Positions 20,302 through 33,173 of a stretch of DNA of 64,000 nt are shown here, one piece after another. Numbering within the stretch: position 1 is the stretch's first letter; each line of letters starts with the position of its first letter. Both the position numbers and the translations under genes were made by a program. The DNA comes from Epithemia pelagica (taxonomy: Eukaryota > Protista > Bacillariophyta), in assembly GCA_946965045.2 (NCBI GenBank), contig OX337241.1:2728001-2792000 (forward strand), written 5' to 3'. Under the pieces are notes generated by a model. That model was not told where the DNA came from, made no database searches, and was given only the letters and a program-made list of their open reading frames with translations.

Positions 20302-21490
20302 GACGACCCCAAAAACGCGCAAGAGCCAGCAAAACGATGATAATTCATGCATACCTGCAAGACACACACAAGTTTCATAAACGAAGGACTCCCCAACCGC
20401 CCCTTGATGAGTGGTTTTGAGTGGCAGACTCTCTCCCTTTCTCTCTTTTGTGCGAGGAGGATGCTTAGAGGAGACTTGCGACTATTCTAGGATGGGACGT
20501 TGTTCCCAAAGAGGAGGAACCGCCCAAACAACAAGATTTCTGTAACAGTAGAGAAACCAAACAGTATTGAACCCCGCCTTATCCAGAACTATTAGACTCA
20601 TCGAACAGAATACCACGTTGGAGCAGAGGAGTCGGATCCATCCATGGTGACTCGTTCGAGGCGTGTGTAAAGCCGAAAGAGAACACACTACACTACACTG
20701 CCGCAACCAGACCACCTGAGCGACGTCGAGGTTATTTCCGACAGGGGGTCTCCCGGACCACCTACGCCTAATAGCATGCCAAACATGTGCATGTGTCTCC
20801 TTGTCAGTTCTTGTTTTCGTGGCCATGGACGAATCCATTCGTTTCGAGTCAAGGGTTTTGTTTTCGGTGGGACTGCCAGACATTCATCCATTCTTTTCTT
20901 GTCGACCAGGAGAGAGAAAAGTGTGTATCTAGTTTGTTCTTTTTCGAGGAGGAGATCCACTCTCTACTACTAGAGCTACCTAGTAAGGAGAACGACTGTC
21001 GCGACTCTTGAAGTCATCATTCCTTCTGGTATCATGGTCCAATCGAGAGCGTGTTGTGTTTCTGTTCTCCCTCTGGACAAAAGGTTGTACTCCTACATGA
21101 TGGTCGGTGGTAGCTAGACGGGTAGACGTCCTTTGCAGGGGTAGAGTGTGTTTGATCGCCCATTCCGTCCGTCCTTCGATGCGTATCATTTGACCGTTGG
21201 AACGGCCGGCGCGAGCGTACGTACGTCGCGACCACCCTGTTATTGGATAATAATATTTCGTCGCTGCTTCCTGTAGTACATTTTAGAGGATAGTATCTTC
21301 ACCAAAGACGACACTCTTCCAAAGTGTAGGATCCTCCGAGCGAAGAGCCAAAGTCAACGCATCCACCAAGCAAACAACAACACGTTGTGGCAGACCTTGT
21401 TGTTGTGGTTGTCCTTGTTGCAACAACTCTCCTTGTTTCCCTCTCCTTGTCTACGAATAGTCTCTGTTTCCTAATCTATAATCTATCATC

Positions 21491-23005
21491 ATGGCGGAAG
21501 TGGAACGTGCAATTCCGAAACGCCAAGTGTTGGATCCCATGGCCGTGGTAAAGGAGTATGCCGCCTTGCCGCGGTTGGAATATCGAACGATTGCCGGTGT
21601 GAATGGTCCCTTGGTGATTTTGGATCACGTCAAATTGCCCAAATTTGCCGAAATTGTCAATTTGCGTCTCGGCGATGGCACTTTGCGGTCGGGTCAAGTG
21701 TTGGAAGTGGCCGGTCACCGTGCCGTCGTGCAAGTCTTTGAAGGGACGGCCGGCATTGACAATCGCAAAACCGTGTGTGAATTTACCGGCGATGTGTTGA
21801 AAATGGGTGTGAGTGAAGAAATGTTGGGTCGTTCCTTTAATGGTTCCGGAAAGGTGATTGATTCGGCACCCAAGGTGTTGGCCGAAGCCTATTTGGACAT
21901 TAACGGCCAACCCATTAATCCCAGCAGTCGCGATTACCCCAAGGCCATGATTCAAACGGGAATTTCGGCCATTGATGTCATGAACAGTATTGCGCGGGGA
22001 CAAAAAATCCCCATTTTTTCCGCCGCCGGCTTGCCCCACAATGAAGTGGCGGCCCAAATTGCCCGTCAAGCCAGTTTGGTCCAACAAAAGGATACCATGG
22101 ATGGCCATGAAGAAAACTTTGCCATTGTCTTTGGCGCCATGGGGGTCAATATGGAAACGGCCCGCTTTTTCCGTTCCGACTTTGAAGAATCGGGGGCCAT
22201 GCAACGGACGGCTCTCTTTTTGAACTTGGCCAATGATCCCACCATTGAACGTATCATTACGCCCCGCTTGGCCTTGACCACGGCCGAGTATTTGGCCTAC
22301 GAACGCGATTTGCATGTCTTGGTCATTTTGACCGACATGAGTTCCTATGCCGATGCCCTGCGCGAAGTGTCGGCCGCTCGTGAAGAAGTCCCCGGTCGTC
22401 GTGGTTACCCCGGATACATGTATACCGATTTGAGTACCATTTACGAACGGGCCGGTCGTGTCGTGGGCCGCAATGGGAGTATTACCCAATTGCCCATTTT
22501 GACCATGCCCAATGACGATATTACCCATCCCATTCCCGATTTGACGGGCTACATTACCGAAGGTCAAATTTATTTGGATCGACAATTGCATACCAAAGGT
22601 ATTTTCCCGCCCATTAATGTGTTGCCCAGTTTGAGTCGATTAATGAAGTCCGCCATTGGCGAAGGCATGACCCGATCCGATCATGGCGCCGTGAGTAATC
22701 AATTGTATGCCAGTTATGCCATGGGCAAGGATGTCATGGCCATGAAGGCCGTCGTTGGAGAAGAAGCCCTTAGTATGGAAGATCACTTGTACCTCAACTT
22801 TTTGGAACGCTTTGAAGGCAAGTTTGTCAGTCAAGGTCCCTACCAGGCGCGTACTATTTTTGAATCCCTCGATTTGGCCTGGTCCATTTTGCGAGCCTTT
22901 CCCAAGGAACTGCTCAAAAAGATTCCCAAAAAGACCCTCGACAAGTTTTATGCCCGTCGTCGGGAAGCCGCTGAAGATCGCAACCAAGCCGATGGATCGG
23001 CCTAA
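21491..23005 (+). CDS. VHA-B: V-type proton ATPase subunit B
   Basis: Intronless 504-aa ORF with hallmark motifs [61 protein letters not shown] and [16 protein letters not shown]. Confidence 0.98.
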   Translation: MAEVERAIPKRQVLDPMAVVKEYAALPRLEYRTIAGVNGPLVILDHVKLPKFAEIVNLRLGDGTLRSGQVLEVAGHRAVVQVFEGTAGIDNRKTVCEFTGDVLKMGVSEEMLGRSFNGSGKVIDSAPKVLAEAYLDINGQPINPSSRDYPKAMIQTGISAIDVMNSIARGQKIPIFSAAGLPHNEVAAQIARQASLVQQKDTMDGHEENFAIVFGAMGVNMETARFFRSDFEESGAMQRTALFLNLANDPTIERIITPRLALTTAEYLAYERDLHVLVILTDMSSYADALREVSAAREEVPGRRGYPGYMYTDLSTIYERAGRVVGRNGSITQLPILTMPNDDITHPIPDLTGYITEGQIYLDRQLHTKGIFPPINVLPSLSRLMKSAIGEGMTRSDHGAVSNQLYASYAMGKDVMAMKAVVGEEALSMEDHLYLNFLERFEGKFVSQGPYQARTIFESLDLAWSILRAFPKELLKKIPKKTLDKFYARRREAAEDRNQADGSA

Positions 23006-23417
23006 ACCACCGTGGTGGAGGACGCACCGAGGACCAAACCAGAAGAACAAGATATGGAGGAACCAAAGAAGAAGAAGAAGAAGAAGGACAGGGTGGACAT
23101 GGTAGGAACCCTGTCCAATCGTACAACACCCCCAAGATTCAAACACACACTCTCACACGCACCAAATGACAAGGAAACTATATTATACTAGTAGGAAGAG
23201 CCTAACCATTATAACACACGTATCACATTCTTTGTGATGCCGATATATTCTGTTGCTACGTTGTATATATACAGACAGTTGGACTGTGATGGGACACAAC
23301 GCGTGTCCCACCATCCCGTCTAGGTAGAGAGATCCTCGAGCAAACTCTTGTCCACGGCGAGAGGGAGACTCCTGGGGTCTTGTGTGTTCAGTGTGTACAT
23401 AAGAGCGTGTGGCTTTG

Positions 23418-25100
23418 TTATACTCCTTGCAGAATACATTCACAGGGAGTGGTGCCAGAAACTGTACCACTCGAAGCATGACGATGATGATGATAACGAG
23501 TGTTCTGTTGGTTGCCTCGAAAACACAACAAGTCGGTACACAGAACCAACGTTAACAAGGGTGAAGATGTGGAGGCGGCCGCTTCGGCCGCAGCAAACGA
23601 CCAATCCTCTTTGACCAGAATGGGATTGGGGTGCCACTCGTCGTCATCGTCCTCGTGTTGGTCACAATGATGATGTGGCACCAGGGCCAGACGAGGGGGA
23701 CAGGGTACGAGCAACAAGACGGCATGGGCTCGGCCGGACGACTCCTCGTCTGTTTCTTCAATCAGTCGCCATTCACTGGACTGAACAAAGGTATCCAGCA
23801 AGGGCGTATGACGTGTCGATGCAATCGATCCCAACCGCAAGCGTGGACGACGACGACCATGTCCACCCAAACGCCTCGAATAGGAATCCACCTGGAGCGG
23901 CTCTTGTGGCTCATGCATGGGCTGGAGAATTCGATCCAGTTCGGGAATATACGGTCTCGTCCCCGAAGACGACACCAAGGATGTGGAGGACGAGGAACTT
24001 CCGTCCTCCAGCAACCACAACAATCCTTTGCAACCACAAAGTGACACTTCTTTCATGAAAGGACAGTGATCCAACAATCGAATCAAACTAACCAGGGCGG
24101 GGACACCCAACAAAGGGTTGTCGGACACGTCCAGGAAATGCAAAGCCACATCTTGTCGCTTGTCATTCGTACCCTTGGAATCTTCGGGAATCAAGGCCTC
24201 CACCAAGCCTTGAAACTGGATATTGGTCAAATTCCATCCGCCCATGTTCAAGTAACAGAGTTTGTTCAGAAATGAGGGCTTCATTTCTGGTGTTGCTGGA
24301 GGGCGACAGGCCATTTCCATATCCTTGAGCATTTCGTCATCAATTTTGCATTGGTACAATTGCAAAACTTCAAGCTCGGAACTCATGTGGAGTAGACTGC
24401 GCAATTGGTAACCATGACGATTTCCTCGTAAATCGGCGCCTTCCAGTTCCAAGCACTTGAGTGGAAGTGGCATGGAAGTGGCCATGCTTTCCAAAAAGAC
24501 ACTGACAATACATGGCAAGGGAGAAGGTCTTCGATAAGGCATCCTTCTGTGGTCCTGGGAGGAGACGGAAGCCAATGGAATCCTTCTCACACTATTCGAA
24601 GAAGAAAACTCTGTGATAATGGAAACTTCTTGCAAACCGGGGGAGAGTTGGTGCAGGAACAAGGCCATGAGCCGCACGGAAGTTGGATCGTAAAACGAGC
24701 ACCGGTCGAGGACGAGCTTGTGGATCGGTGCTTTGTTTGTCGAGGTTTCCACACCGGATAAAGTTGCTGATGGTAGAGTGTCTTCCTTCCACTTGTGCCA
24801 CAATTGCTGAAGGGCATCTGGGTGTAAAGTCACATCTTTCAATATCAGAGAACCATTTTCTTCTACCACTTCCCATGCTTCCTCAATTATATCCATGATT
24901 TCGCAACTTTCGATTTCCGACATGTCCAAAAAGCTATCTGTGCTTTTCGATTCAGTGGAACTTTCGTCATCATCGTTTTCGTCGCCCAACAGATGAATGT
25001 CACTAGGAAGGTTGCGATTCTCCACTGATATCGAAGGCAAGCAAGGGAGGATCATTGTACTTGGTGGCCCAGAAGTCATTCTCTTGCATCCGTTGTTCAC
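23418..25100 (-). CDS. RNI-like leucine-rich-repeat protein
   Basis: 560 aa with LRR-type segments: LKCLELEGADL, LEVLQLYQCKIDD, LCYLNMGGWNLT, LHFLDVSDNPLLG and MKEVSLCGCKGL. Confidence 0.7.
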   Translation of the reverse strand: MNNGCKRMTSGPPSTMILPCLPSISVENRNLPSDIHLLGDENDDDESSTESKSTDSFLDMSEIESCEIMDIIEEAWEVVEENGSLILKDVTLHPDALQQLWHKWKEDTLPSATLSGVETSTNKAPIHKLVLDRCSFYDPTSVRLMALFLHQLSPGLQEVSIITEFSSSNSVRRIPLASVSSQDHRRMPYRRPSPLPCIVSVFLESMATSMPLPLKCLELEGADLRGNRHGYQLRSLLHMSSELEVLQLYQCKIDDEMLKDMEMACRPPATPEMKPSFLNKLCYLNMGGWNLTNIQFQGLVEALIPEDSKGTNDKRQDVALHFLDVSDNPLLGVPALVSLIRLLDHCPFMKEVSLCGCKGLLWLLEDGSSSSSTSLVSSSGTRPYIPELDRILQPMHEPQEPLQVDSYSRRLGGHGRRRPRLRLGSIASTRHTPLLDTFVQSSEWRLIEETDEESSGRAHAVLLLVPCPPRLALVPHHHCDQHEDDDDEWHPNPILVKEDWSFAAAEAAASTSSPLLTLVLCTDLLCFRGNQQNTRYHHHRHASSGTVSGTTPCECILQGV

Positions 25101-26629
25101 ACTTGTTGTTTGCCTACGGTATGGGAAGAAGGTTTGACTTTATGACAGAAAACAGCAAAAAAGAACCAGTTGTCCAAGGCTCGTGCTCTCGTAGGAAAAA
25201 GATAAACATTCTGGAGGTTGTGGGCACGGGTCATCCAATAATGTGAGAGCAAAATCCAAAAGACACAAAATTTCAAACAATTGCCCATGTCACAAGGTTC
25301 TCTCCACTTCCGCACAGGTTTCCTACACCAACAAAGAATTTCTCACGTGCTTCTCGGTAGGGAAGTGCGCAGGGCATATATAAGGAATCCTCTCCACGAG
25401 TAAGTCCTCCTTACTTCCATCCAAGTCGACCCATGGCCGATACAACAGGGACAACAACAAGGCTCCATCCACCAAACACCAAAAACCAGTGTTGTTGTCG
25501 TCCTGTCTGGCCACGAATCATGGCCACGAATGAATGACGGCAGTGACCACCACGCCAGAAACTACGACAGGAAATCGTGGTTGGTCCGAATCGGTGCAGT
25601 CTTTCTAAAAAAAGCCTTGTGAGTGTTGACTCCCCAATATTTTGGCATTGTCATTGTTGCGGAGCTGCGGCTGAGACAGCGGGATTCTGAATTCACAAAT
25701 CCGTGTCAATGAGTCATACTGTTCCAGTGAGGAAGGTTTGCTGTGCGTTCTACAGTCTTTCATACCGCTTGTTCAGATCTCTCTGCGCAGTAACATGTGT
25801 CGTGAGCTCTCTCAGGCTGCCGAAAGTCATGAACCACAATCCGAGGAATCCAGATCATGACAGGTACGCTCATAGCAATCTGGATCTATTGGGAAAGACA
25901 CTTTGTGCTCCTCCACCAAAAAGAGAGCTATACAGGCCCAATTTTGTCAATTCTGGTTCTTTGGAAACCACGAAACTCTCAGTCATTCGTAGTGGAGAAG
26001 AACGAAAACCGCAACCAACAACATAAACTCCAGCTTCACCGACTGCTGACACCAAGAAGCACACTGGCACTGCCACAAAACACATTCCAACGAACAAAAA
26101 GCGAAATCAAGCAAGGTCGATAAGGAAAACCATGTCCATTCAATTTCATCTTTAATACGATCCCAGTGCCACACTGACGGCACAGTGGTTCAATCCTCTT
26201 CATGCAGTTGCAAGCCACTTTGGACCTTGCGTCACATTCCTTCACGGACGAGATCTCAGTCATGCCCATAATAGGGTGGAGGATATACCACGAGACTCTT
26301 CCACCCGCCGCAGCCAACTTGGAGACGTCTTCACCTTCCCACAAGACAAAGGCAACGACCACCCAAGCGGGTTATTGCCAGACATGAACGTTCCACCCTT
26401 TGTGGGTCGCTACCACTCCGCAAAATGCCGTACGCCGTAAAACATGATTTCATTTTCTATTGTTCGGTTTCACATCATATCTCAATAGTTCACAATATCA
26501 TTATAAGACAAGTGCTTGAGAAAAAAATGACAATGCTATAGTTTCGACATTGTAGGACATTCAATACTGCCAGACTATCCTTTCCTTTATCACCACCGCA
26601 CGTATTGGTCGTGCTTCATTCAGATTTTA

Positions 26630-27724
26630 TCATGTCGAGGTGGAGAAGCAATTCGAATCAGCATCTCGGGTCCCCATTCCTTCCAGTGAATGAAAACATC
26701 CGTTTGGATGCTGCTCGCAGAGTCGCTGAAAACACCATGTATTCTTGTCCATCAGTGGTAATGTCGCACAGGATGGATTGACAACTCCACCAATCACGGC
26801 AACTTGATTGGCAACAGTCACCATAGAGCAGTTTTCATGGCGATTTTCGAATGGTGGGAGATTCCACGTGCGGTTGCGGTGCGTGTCCCAGACTTCCACG
26901 GTTTGATGGCTTCCACCCGCCACCACCAGACAGGATCCCATGGTAGTCATTGTACATGAACCCCGAGGGGCAGAAAACACCAGATCAGAGTGAGTCGTCC
27001 AGCTAGACAAGGAGGAAATGAATGTAGACAGAGTGTTGTTTCTCTTCTCATTGTCACTAGGCGTTCCAAAGTCCAAATACTCTACTGTCGAGCCTCCAAC
27101 GACAAAGATGCGGTGGTCAACGACCGCACTGGCACAAAATAATCGAGGAACAGTCATATTTGGCCCCGCAATGACAGTTTGGTTGCTAGTATCAAGAATA
27201 TCCACCGACGACAAGCTTTGCTCTCCATCCCATCCACCCATGACTACAAGGTATCTATTGTGAACCACAACAGCACAACATCCGTTTCTTCTTATTGATA
27301 GTCGACAATTCAAAGTTGTCCAATGACTCTCATGCGTGCTGCTTGATGTCGAAGATTGTTGTAGCAAATCGCTGGCATTAATTTGTTCGATACAATCCAG
27401 AGTGTTTCCATTATATCCTCCCATCACGTATATGCCTCCATTGCACCCAACAGCGGCAAGTCCGTTACGGCTCTTGTTCATGGGTGGTCCTACGCGCCAC
27501 TGCTTGTTTCGTTCTGCTAAATTCAATATAAGCACGGAATTGGTGGCACCTTCTTGTTTCACTCCTCCCATCACGACGACCGTATGATCGAGTACAACCG
27601 ACGCATGAAACGCACGAAATCCTCCCTCAAGTCCCTCAAGAGAAGGCCAATCGTTTTCATTCCATTCTACTCTCTCTTCCGAAAGGAAAAGTCCCGACTT
27701 GTGTGCTTGTTCTTTCAGTGTCAT
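26630..27724 (-). CDS. Kelch-repeat-only protein, paralogue 1
   Basis: Kelch blades GG..-W..GPPMNKSR, YVMGGYNG..LDCIE, VVMGGWDG..LSSVDILD and IFVVGG. ATG at 27724. Confidence 0.9.
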   Translation of the reverse strand: MTLKEQAHKSGLFLSEERVEWNENDWPSLEGLEGGFRAFHASVVLDHTVVVMGGVKQEGATNSVLILNLAERNKQWRVGPPMNKSRNGLAAVGCNGGIYVMGGYNGNTLDCIEQINASDLLQQSSTSSSTHESHWTTLNCRLSIRRNGCCAVVVHNRYLVVMGGWDGEQSLSSVDILDTSNQTVIAGPNMTVPRLFCASAVVDHRIFVVGGSTVEYLDFGTPSDNEKRNNTLSTFISSLSSWTTHSDLVFSAPRGSCTMTTMGSCLVVAGGSHQTVEVWDTHRNRTWNLPPFENRHENCSMVTVANQVAVIGGVVNPSCATLPLMDKNTWCFQRLCEQHPNGCFHSLEGMGTRDADSNCFSTST

Positions 27725-30336
27725 GTTCACGGTTCCAAACGTTGACTGCAGAATTTATGAGGATCGAGACACTGTATTGTTAGAGGTTCTTGGGTTTGCT
27801 GCTGCTCTGATGGGTGTGGACTGGAATCACGACTGACTTGACGAAATGTGGATGGATCGAAACACGAGCGATGGGTACTCGTAGCTTTCGTCGCGAGGCA
27901 AATCGTGACCGAAATACACCTCACGCGAGACAGGCAACAAATGGCAGGATTGGTGCGATTCGTTTCCGTCAATTGAAATTGTACTTGCTTCTTCTTGTGC
28001 TGCATCTCTTGGCCTGTATCGGAGCGAACGAATGCCTTGCTGTTGGAATGGTATTCGATACTTGAGTTGGTGGTGTTGGGTTTCTTCAGAGCAGGAGCAT
28101 TAACACACGATGTCAGTGGTAATTCGTTGTCCGTAGTATGATTCGTCCTGTGTTCTCATGTCTGTTATTTTGACCAGGACCTCTGTCTCTGCTTCTTCTT
28201 CTCTTCATCGTCTCTTCTTCGTCGTCGTCTCATCTCCTTCTTGTCATTCCTGTCGGGTCTATCGAAGATACACCCAGCACAACGTCGAAACAGGCAAAAT
28301 ATTTTCCCGATGCATGCAAAGGGTGCGCGATTGCAAGGTGGTTCGGTGTCTGTTACTAGAAGCAACGGCAGGTCGAGACAGACGAAAATGTAGTGATGGA
28401 ATCCATGATGCGGCCTTGCAATCTGCATGCTTTGGTTGGAAACTTGAGACTCGAGAGATACGGATGAGCACACCAAAACATTCATCGTCCATTGTCGATT
28501 GTCGTCGACGACGGTCTGGCCCGACGTCGTCTGCCCGTTGAACAATCACCAGAACGTCTTGTCCACATCAGGCTCTGCTGCTTTCTGTCTCGTCTTGTTT
28601 CACATTTACAACGATCACTCGATACGAAAAGCCCCGACTTCCATGCTTGTTCTTTTGCCCCGTGTCATGGCCATGGTGAACTTTTTCATGCGTCCGCCAC
28701 GTACGGAGGACGGACGGTCGATCAAAACGTTGATGAAAGGCGAGCGCTGGGGGGGGGCAAACAATAAGCGACGAAACACCCTTTTTTGCGTTCACCCCCA
28801 AATCCCAATATCAGTTTGTATCTTTTGCATCACTCTTTGTGTGATTATACATCCTCACAGCTCGACGCATCATCTGTCAATGGTGGAGAAGAAGGTGGTA
28901 TGGTTTTGCGTTGGAGGAACCAGAGTGGCGTGAAAAAGCCACCTGCAATCGTGGAGTAGAAATGTGTCCATCTGCAGCATGACAGCACTCTCCTTTTGTG
29001 GGGAGAGGCAAGACAAAGAAGCTGCAACGACTGTGTGGGTCCAACCGTCCACCATTGTGGCCACTGGGCCGTTTGGACCGCTGGAAAGAACCGCCGACAA
29101 CTTTTTTTTCACCACCAAACGATGCCACGCTCTCGATTCTAATGACTTTCGACAACAAGGAACTGCGGTGATGGTATGGCGATTGTTGCTCCACAGTAAG
29201 GGTTCGTGCTCTTGACTTGGTCACGGTGGCCATCGTTTCATGGATGCATCAGACTTGTGCCATGCTTGGTGGACACCCATACGAATGAGTGAACAAGTCA
29301 CCTAGTTTGTCGGCCCCTATCACGTTCCAGACAAATCCTCTCGATTTGTACTTGCCGTCGCAGCCGCCATATGCTTGATCAGGACCCGTTGGCCACCACT
29401 GTCACTGGTCCCAAAATTCACCATGAATGGCACCACCACACCAGTACCAAGTCGTCATTCCTGTCGGATCTGTCGGATTCGGGGAGCATCCCCTGCCACA
29501 TGGATTTTCCGTTGTACGGTCCACCTTTTGGATTGATGACTGACTGAAACGATGCATGGGTTGTGCGGTAATATGAATCTTCCATTGACCATTTCGTATG
29601 ATGCATGTATATCATGACTGTCGTACTGACAAGGAGAGATCAGGAGGTTCCACAACGACGAGAGAGCTACAGCAACAACAGGCTTGGCGGTGGGTCGAGC
29701 GACTTGTGTAGCACCACTACCACGATCCATCGCAACAAAACACGCCGCGTCAAGAGCGAGGTAGTTTGGCGGAGGATATCACGACGACTCTTTCACCTTA
29801 GGTCGCCCTTTTGAAGGCGGCGGTGTCACCTTCCCACACGAAAAGAGACAATCATACCATGCGTTGCACTGCGGCCATCGTGTATAGGACACACGATGAC
29901 GACCAGCTCATGTCTGGGCAACCACACCGAATAGCCCTCGTCTGCGACGACCGGACAAAGCTCTTGTATTCTTGAATGCACTACAAGATAATCACAATCA
30001 GTCTTTCTTGACACTTGTTCTCTTCGCTCAGTAACATTCGGCGTGAGCTCTCATAGCTTGCCAAAAGCCATGATCTACTGATGATTGAGGAACCTAGATC
30101 ATGGCAGTTCCTCTATACAACCACGGACATGCTTCAAAAGTTGTCCCAACCTTTGACAGATTGTGTTGCTGAAGTTGATTTCCAATTTGAGATTAGATTA
30201 ACTACTAGGATATTCACGATCTCAATAGCTTAGCGATTCCATATCCTTTGTTCGAGAGTTTACTTTCCATGCTATTAGTGTTTCCACGGTCTTGGACATG
30301 CAACCTGTTGTCCGATTTCAAGTGCCATCCTTTTCT

Positions 30337-31527
30337 TTATGACAATGGAATGCGTGAATTGGTCCTCACACGTTTACCGGTTGATACCGAGGTGGAGCAG
30401 GATGTAACATTGATTTCCCGGATACCCATATCTTCCAGAGAATGGAACCATTCGTTGGGATTCTGCTTACAGAGTTGACGAAAGCACCACGTATTCTTGT
30501 CCATCAGTGGTACTGTCGCGCAGGTAGGATTGCCACTTCCACCAATCACGGCAATTTGATTGGCAACACTCACCATAGTACAGACATTGCGGTGATGACG
30601 GAATGGTGGGAGATTCCACATGCGGTTGTGATGTGTGTCCAAGATTTCCACAGTTCCATTGTTTTCCGCCACCACCAGACAGAATCCCACGGTAACCACT
30701 GCACAACAATGCCGTGGGTCGGAAAGTACCAGATCAGAGTGAGTCGTCCAGCCAGACAAGGAGAAAATGAATGTAGACAGAGTACCGTTTCTCTCCTCAT
30801 TGTAGCAGGGCTTTGCAAAGTCGAAAATTTCCACCGAGTCAAGATCGCCGCCCTCGTTAAAGCCTCCAACGACAAAGATGCGGTGACCAATGACCGCACT
30901 GGCACACCATAGTCGTGGAACAGTCATATTTGGTCCCTCTATGACCGTGTGGTTGCTGGTATTAACAATATCCACCGACGGCAAAAAACGACCGTTGTGT
31001 CCACCCATGACAACAATATATCGATTGTGAACCGCAACAGCACAAACTCCTTCTCGAACCGTTGATAAGCAACATGTCAATGTCGTCCAGTGACTCCCAT
31101 GTGTGGTACTGTTTGTCAACGAAGATTGCACGACATCATTGGCATCAATTCGTTCCACACAATCCAACAACGAATAGTAGTTATTGCGTCCTCCCATAGC
31201 GTAGATGCCTCCATTACACACAACAGCAGCATGTCTATAACGTTTCTGGTTCATAGGCGGTCCTTCTCGCCATTGCTTGTTTGATTGTGCTAAGTTCAAT
31301 AACAAAACGGAGTTGACAAAGCCTTTGTGTTGTTGTCTTCCTCCCAACACCACGACCGTCTGTCCATTGTTGTTATTGTCCTGATCGGGATGATCCAGTA
31401 CGACTGACGCATGATCGTGACGCCATCCACCCTCGAGAGGAGGCCAGTCGTTTTCATTCCATTCTGCTCTGTCGTCCGATAGAACAAGGCCCGACTGCCA
31501 TGCTTGGTCTTTCAGTGTCAAATTCAT
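30337..31527 (-). CDS. Kelch-repeat-only protein, paralogue 2
   Basis: 396-aa ORF collinear with paralogue 1; kelch GG..W motifs. Confidence 0.9.
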   Translation of the reverse strand: MNLTLKDQAWQSGLVLSDDRAEWNENDWPPLEGGWRHDHASVVLDHPDQDNNNNGQTVVVLGGRQQHKGFVNSVLLLNLAQSNKQWREGPPMNQKRYRHAAVVCNGGIYAMGGRNNYYSLLDCVERIDANDVVQSSLTNSTTHGSHWTTLTCCLSTVREGVCAVAVHNRYIVVMGGHNGRFLPSVDIVNTSNHTVIEGPNMTVPRLWCASAVIGHRIFVVGGFNEGGDLDSVEIFDFAKPCYNEERNGTLSTFIFSLSGWTTHSDLVLSDPRHCCAVVTVGFCLVVAENNGTVEILDTHHNRMWNLPPFRHHRNVCTMVSVANQIAVIGGSGNPTCATVPLMDKNTWCFRQLCKQNPNEWFHSLEDMGIREINVTSCSTSVSTGKRVRTNSRIPLS

Positions 31528-33173
31528 GGTTCCAAACGGTGACTGCAGACCATGGTCGGTGAACTCGAGTTACAATATATCTATATATATGCGGGCAGGA
31601 ACGTCCACCACGTACAGAGGACGGACGGTCGATCGTTGGCGGTGAGGGGGGGGCGCACACCCCTGTTTTGAGTTAACCCCCAAATCCCAATATCTTTGTT
31701 CGGGTGGGTATATCTTTTCACAAGAGAAAAGCTCACGGTCGGTGCAATGAACAGCTCGACCGATCATCTGTCCATGGTGGAGAAGAAGGTTTGGTTTTAC
31801 GTTGGAGGAACCAGATGTCGAAACCCATGGTTTGTGGCGGACAGGAGCAAACCATGTAGTCACTCGATTGCACTACGATTATGACGACTACACCCAACAG
31901 CAACAACAACCACAAACTGGCCCAGCTTCTACCCATAAAAACAACAACAACAACAATCGTCACATGCACAACAGGCATTCTGTTTTGTCCTCCTTCTTGC
32001 TATTTCCGATATCAGTGAATGAATGGTTTCGATCGACGCATCAATAACTTGTAGTCCAAATGACAACAACCACAACCATCAGTCGGTTATGGTTATTTGG
32101 AACAAGGGCCACCACCAGCACAGCCTTGGGAATCGTAACATCACCATATATTAATAACCGCGTCGACAGGTTTGGGGCTCCGCAAAGACATTGGCACCAA
32201 GAAAGAGGAACCAACAACGACCCTTCATAACGACAAAACACGAGTCAAAAACGACAATGGCACCACTACAACGACATCTACAATGCTCATTTGGTATGAT
32301 GCATCAGCATCGGACCTTTGGATCCCCTTGTTTCGTCATTTTTGTCGGAGTCATCGAACATGACCATGAACCACACGACAAAACAAGGCACGGACAGATA
32401 CAGAGACTCATGGTGCGTGGTGGAAGCGAGCAAAGTTCAAGTATCCAAGGAGCAAAGACCACGCAGTCCTTCGATTGCCCTACAATGATGACAACAACAC
32501 CCAAAAACTCTTTCATCAAGGAGAGCACGGCAAGAGCTGAAAACTCAGGATTCTTTATCCACCAACAGCACCAATACAACAATCGTCGTAAACACAACAG
32601 GCATCCCGTTTTGTCCTCCTTCTCGCAATTTCCAGAAATTGGAAGGAATGAATGCTTTCGATGGAGACACAATTCAGGCCGTTCCTTCCACGTCCAAAAG
32701 ATGCAGCGAGACCATCAAAGACCGTCGTCATTAATCGAAAGATGAGTCATTCTATTCCAGACCAGAGAGTATTCAACACCAAAGAGAGGAGCGGGACCAT
32801 GGTCATCCACCCAAGAGTGATTGCCAGAAATCCGCTAGGTAGTTTGCAGAGGACAGCAGACGCTGTAACATCTCATTACGGATAGCTTACCATGGCCAGA
32901 GGGGTGCGACTGCCGCAGACGCCATCGCATCAGAAAGAAATTCATGTGCGGTCATATGCTATAAGGCGGTGCTTCGAACATGCTAGGAGTTTCTCTCTAA
33001 TCCCTGAACCTAAAACTATACGATTAATAATGTAATTAAGAACTGCCACGATGTCCTGTTTTGTATGAGAGTATAATGACCATGATACAGTTTCCGGGCT
33101 CTTGGACGTGTAACGTGTTGGACATTTCAACTGCCATGCTTCCCTTTGTCGCAATCACAATCATCTAAGGTCC

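Noticed and set aside
21476-22591. 371-aa antisense ORF over V-ATPase B
   Set aside because: Typical antisense shadow of a conserved gene with biased codon usage.
28870-29118. VATMVDGWT, resembling the hAT/DUF659 DGW motif
   Set aside because: Isolated short match; no other transposase motifs or TIRs nearby.
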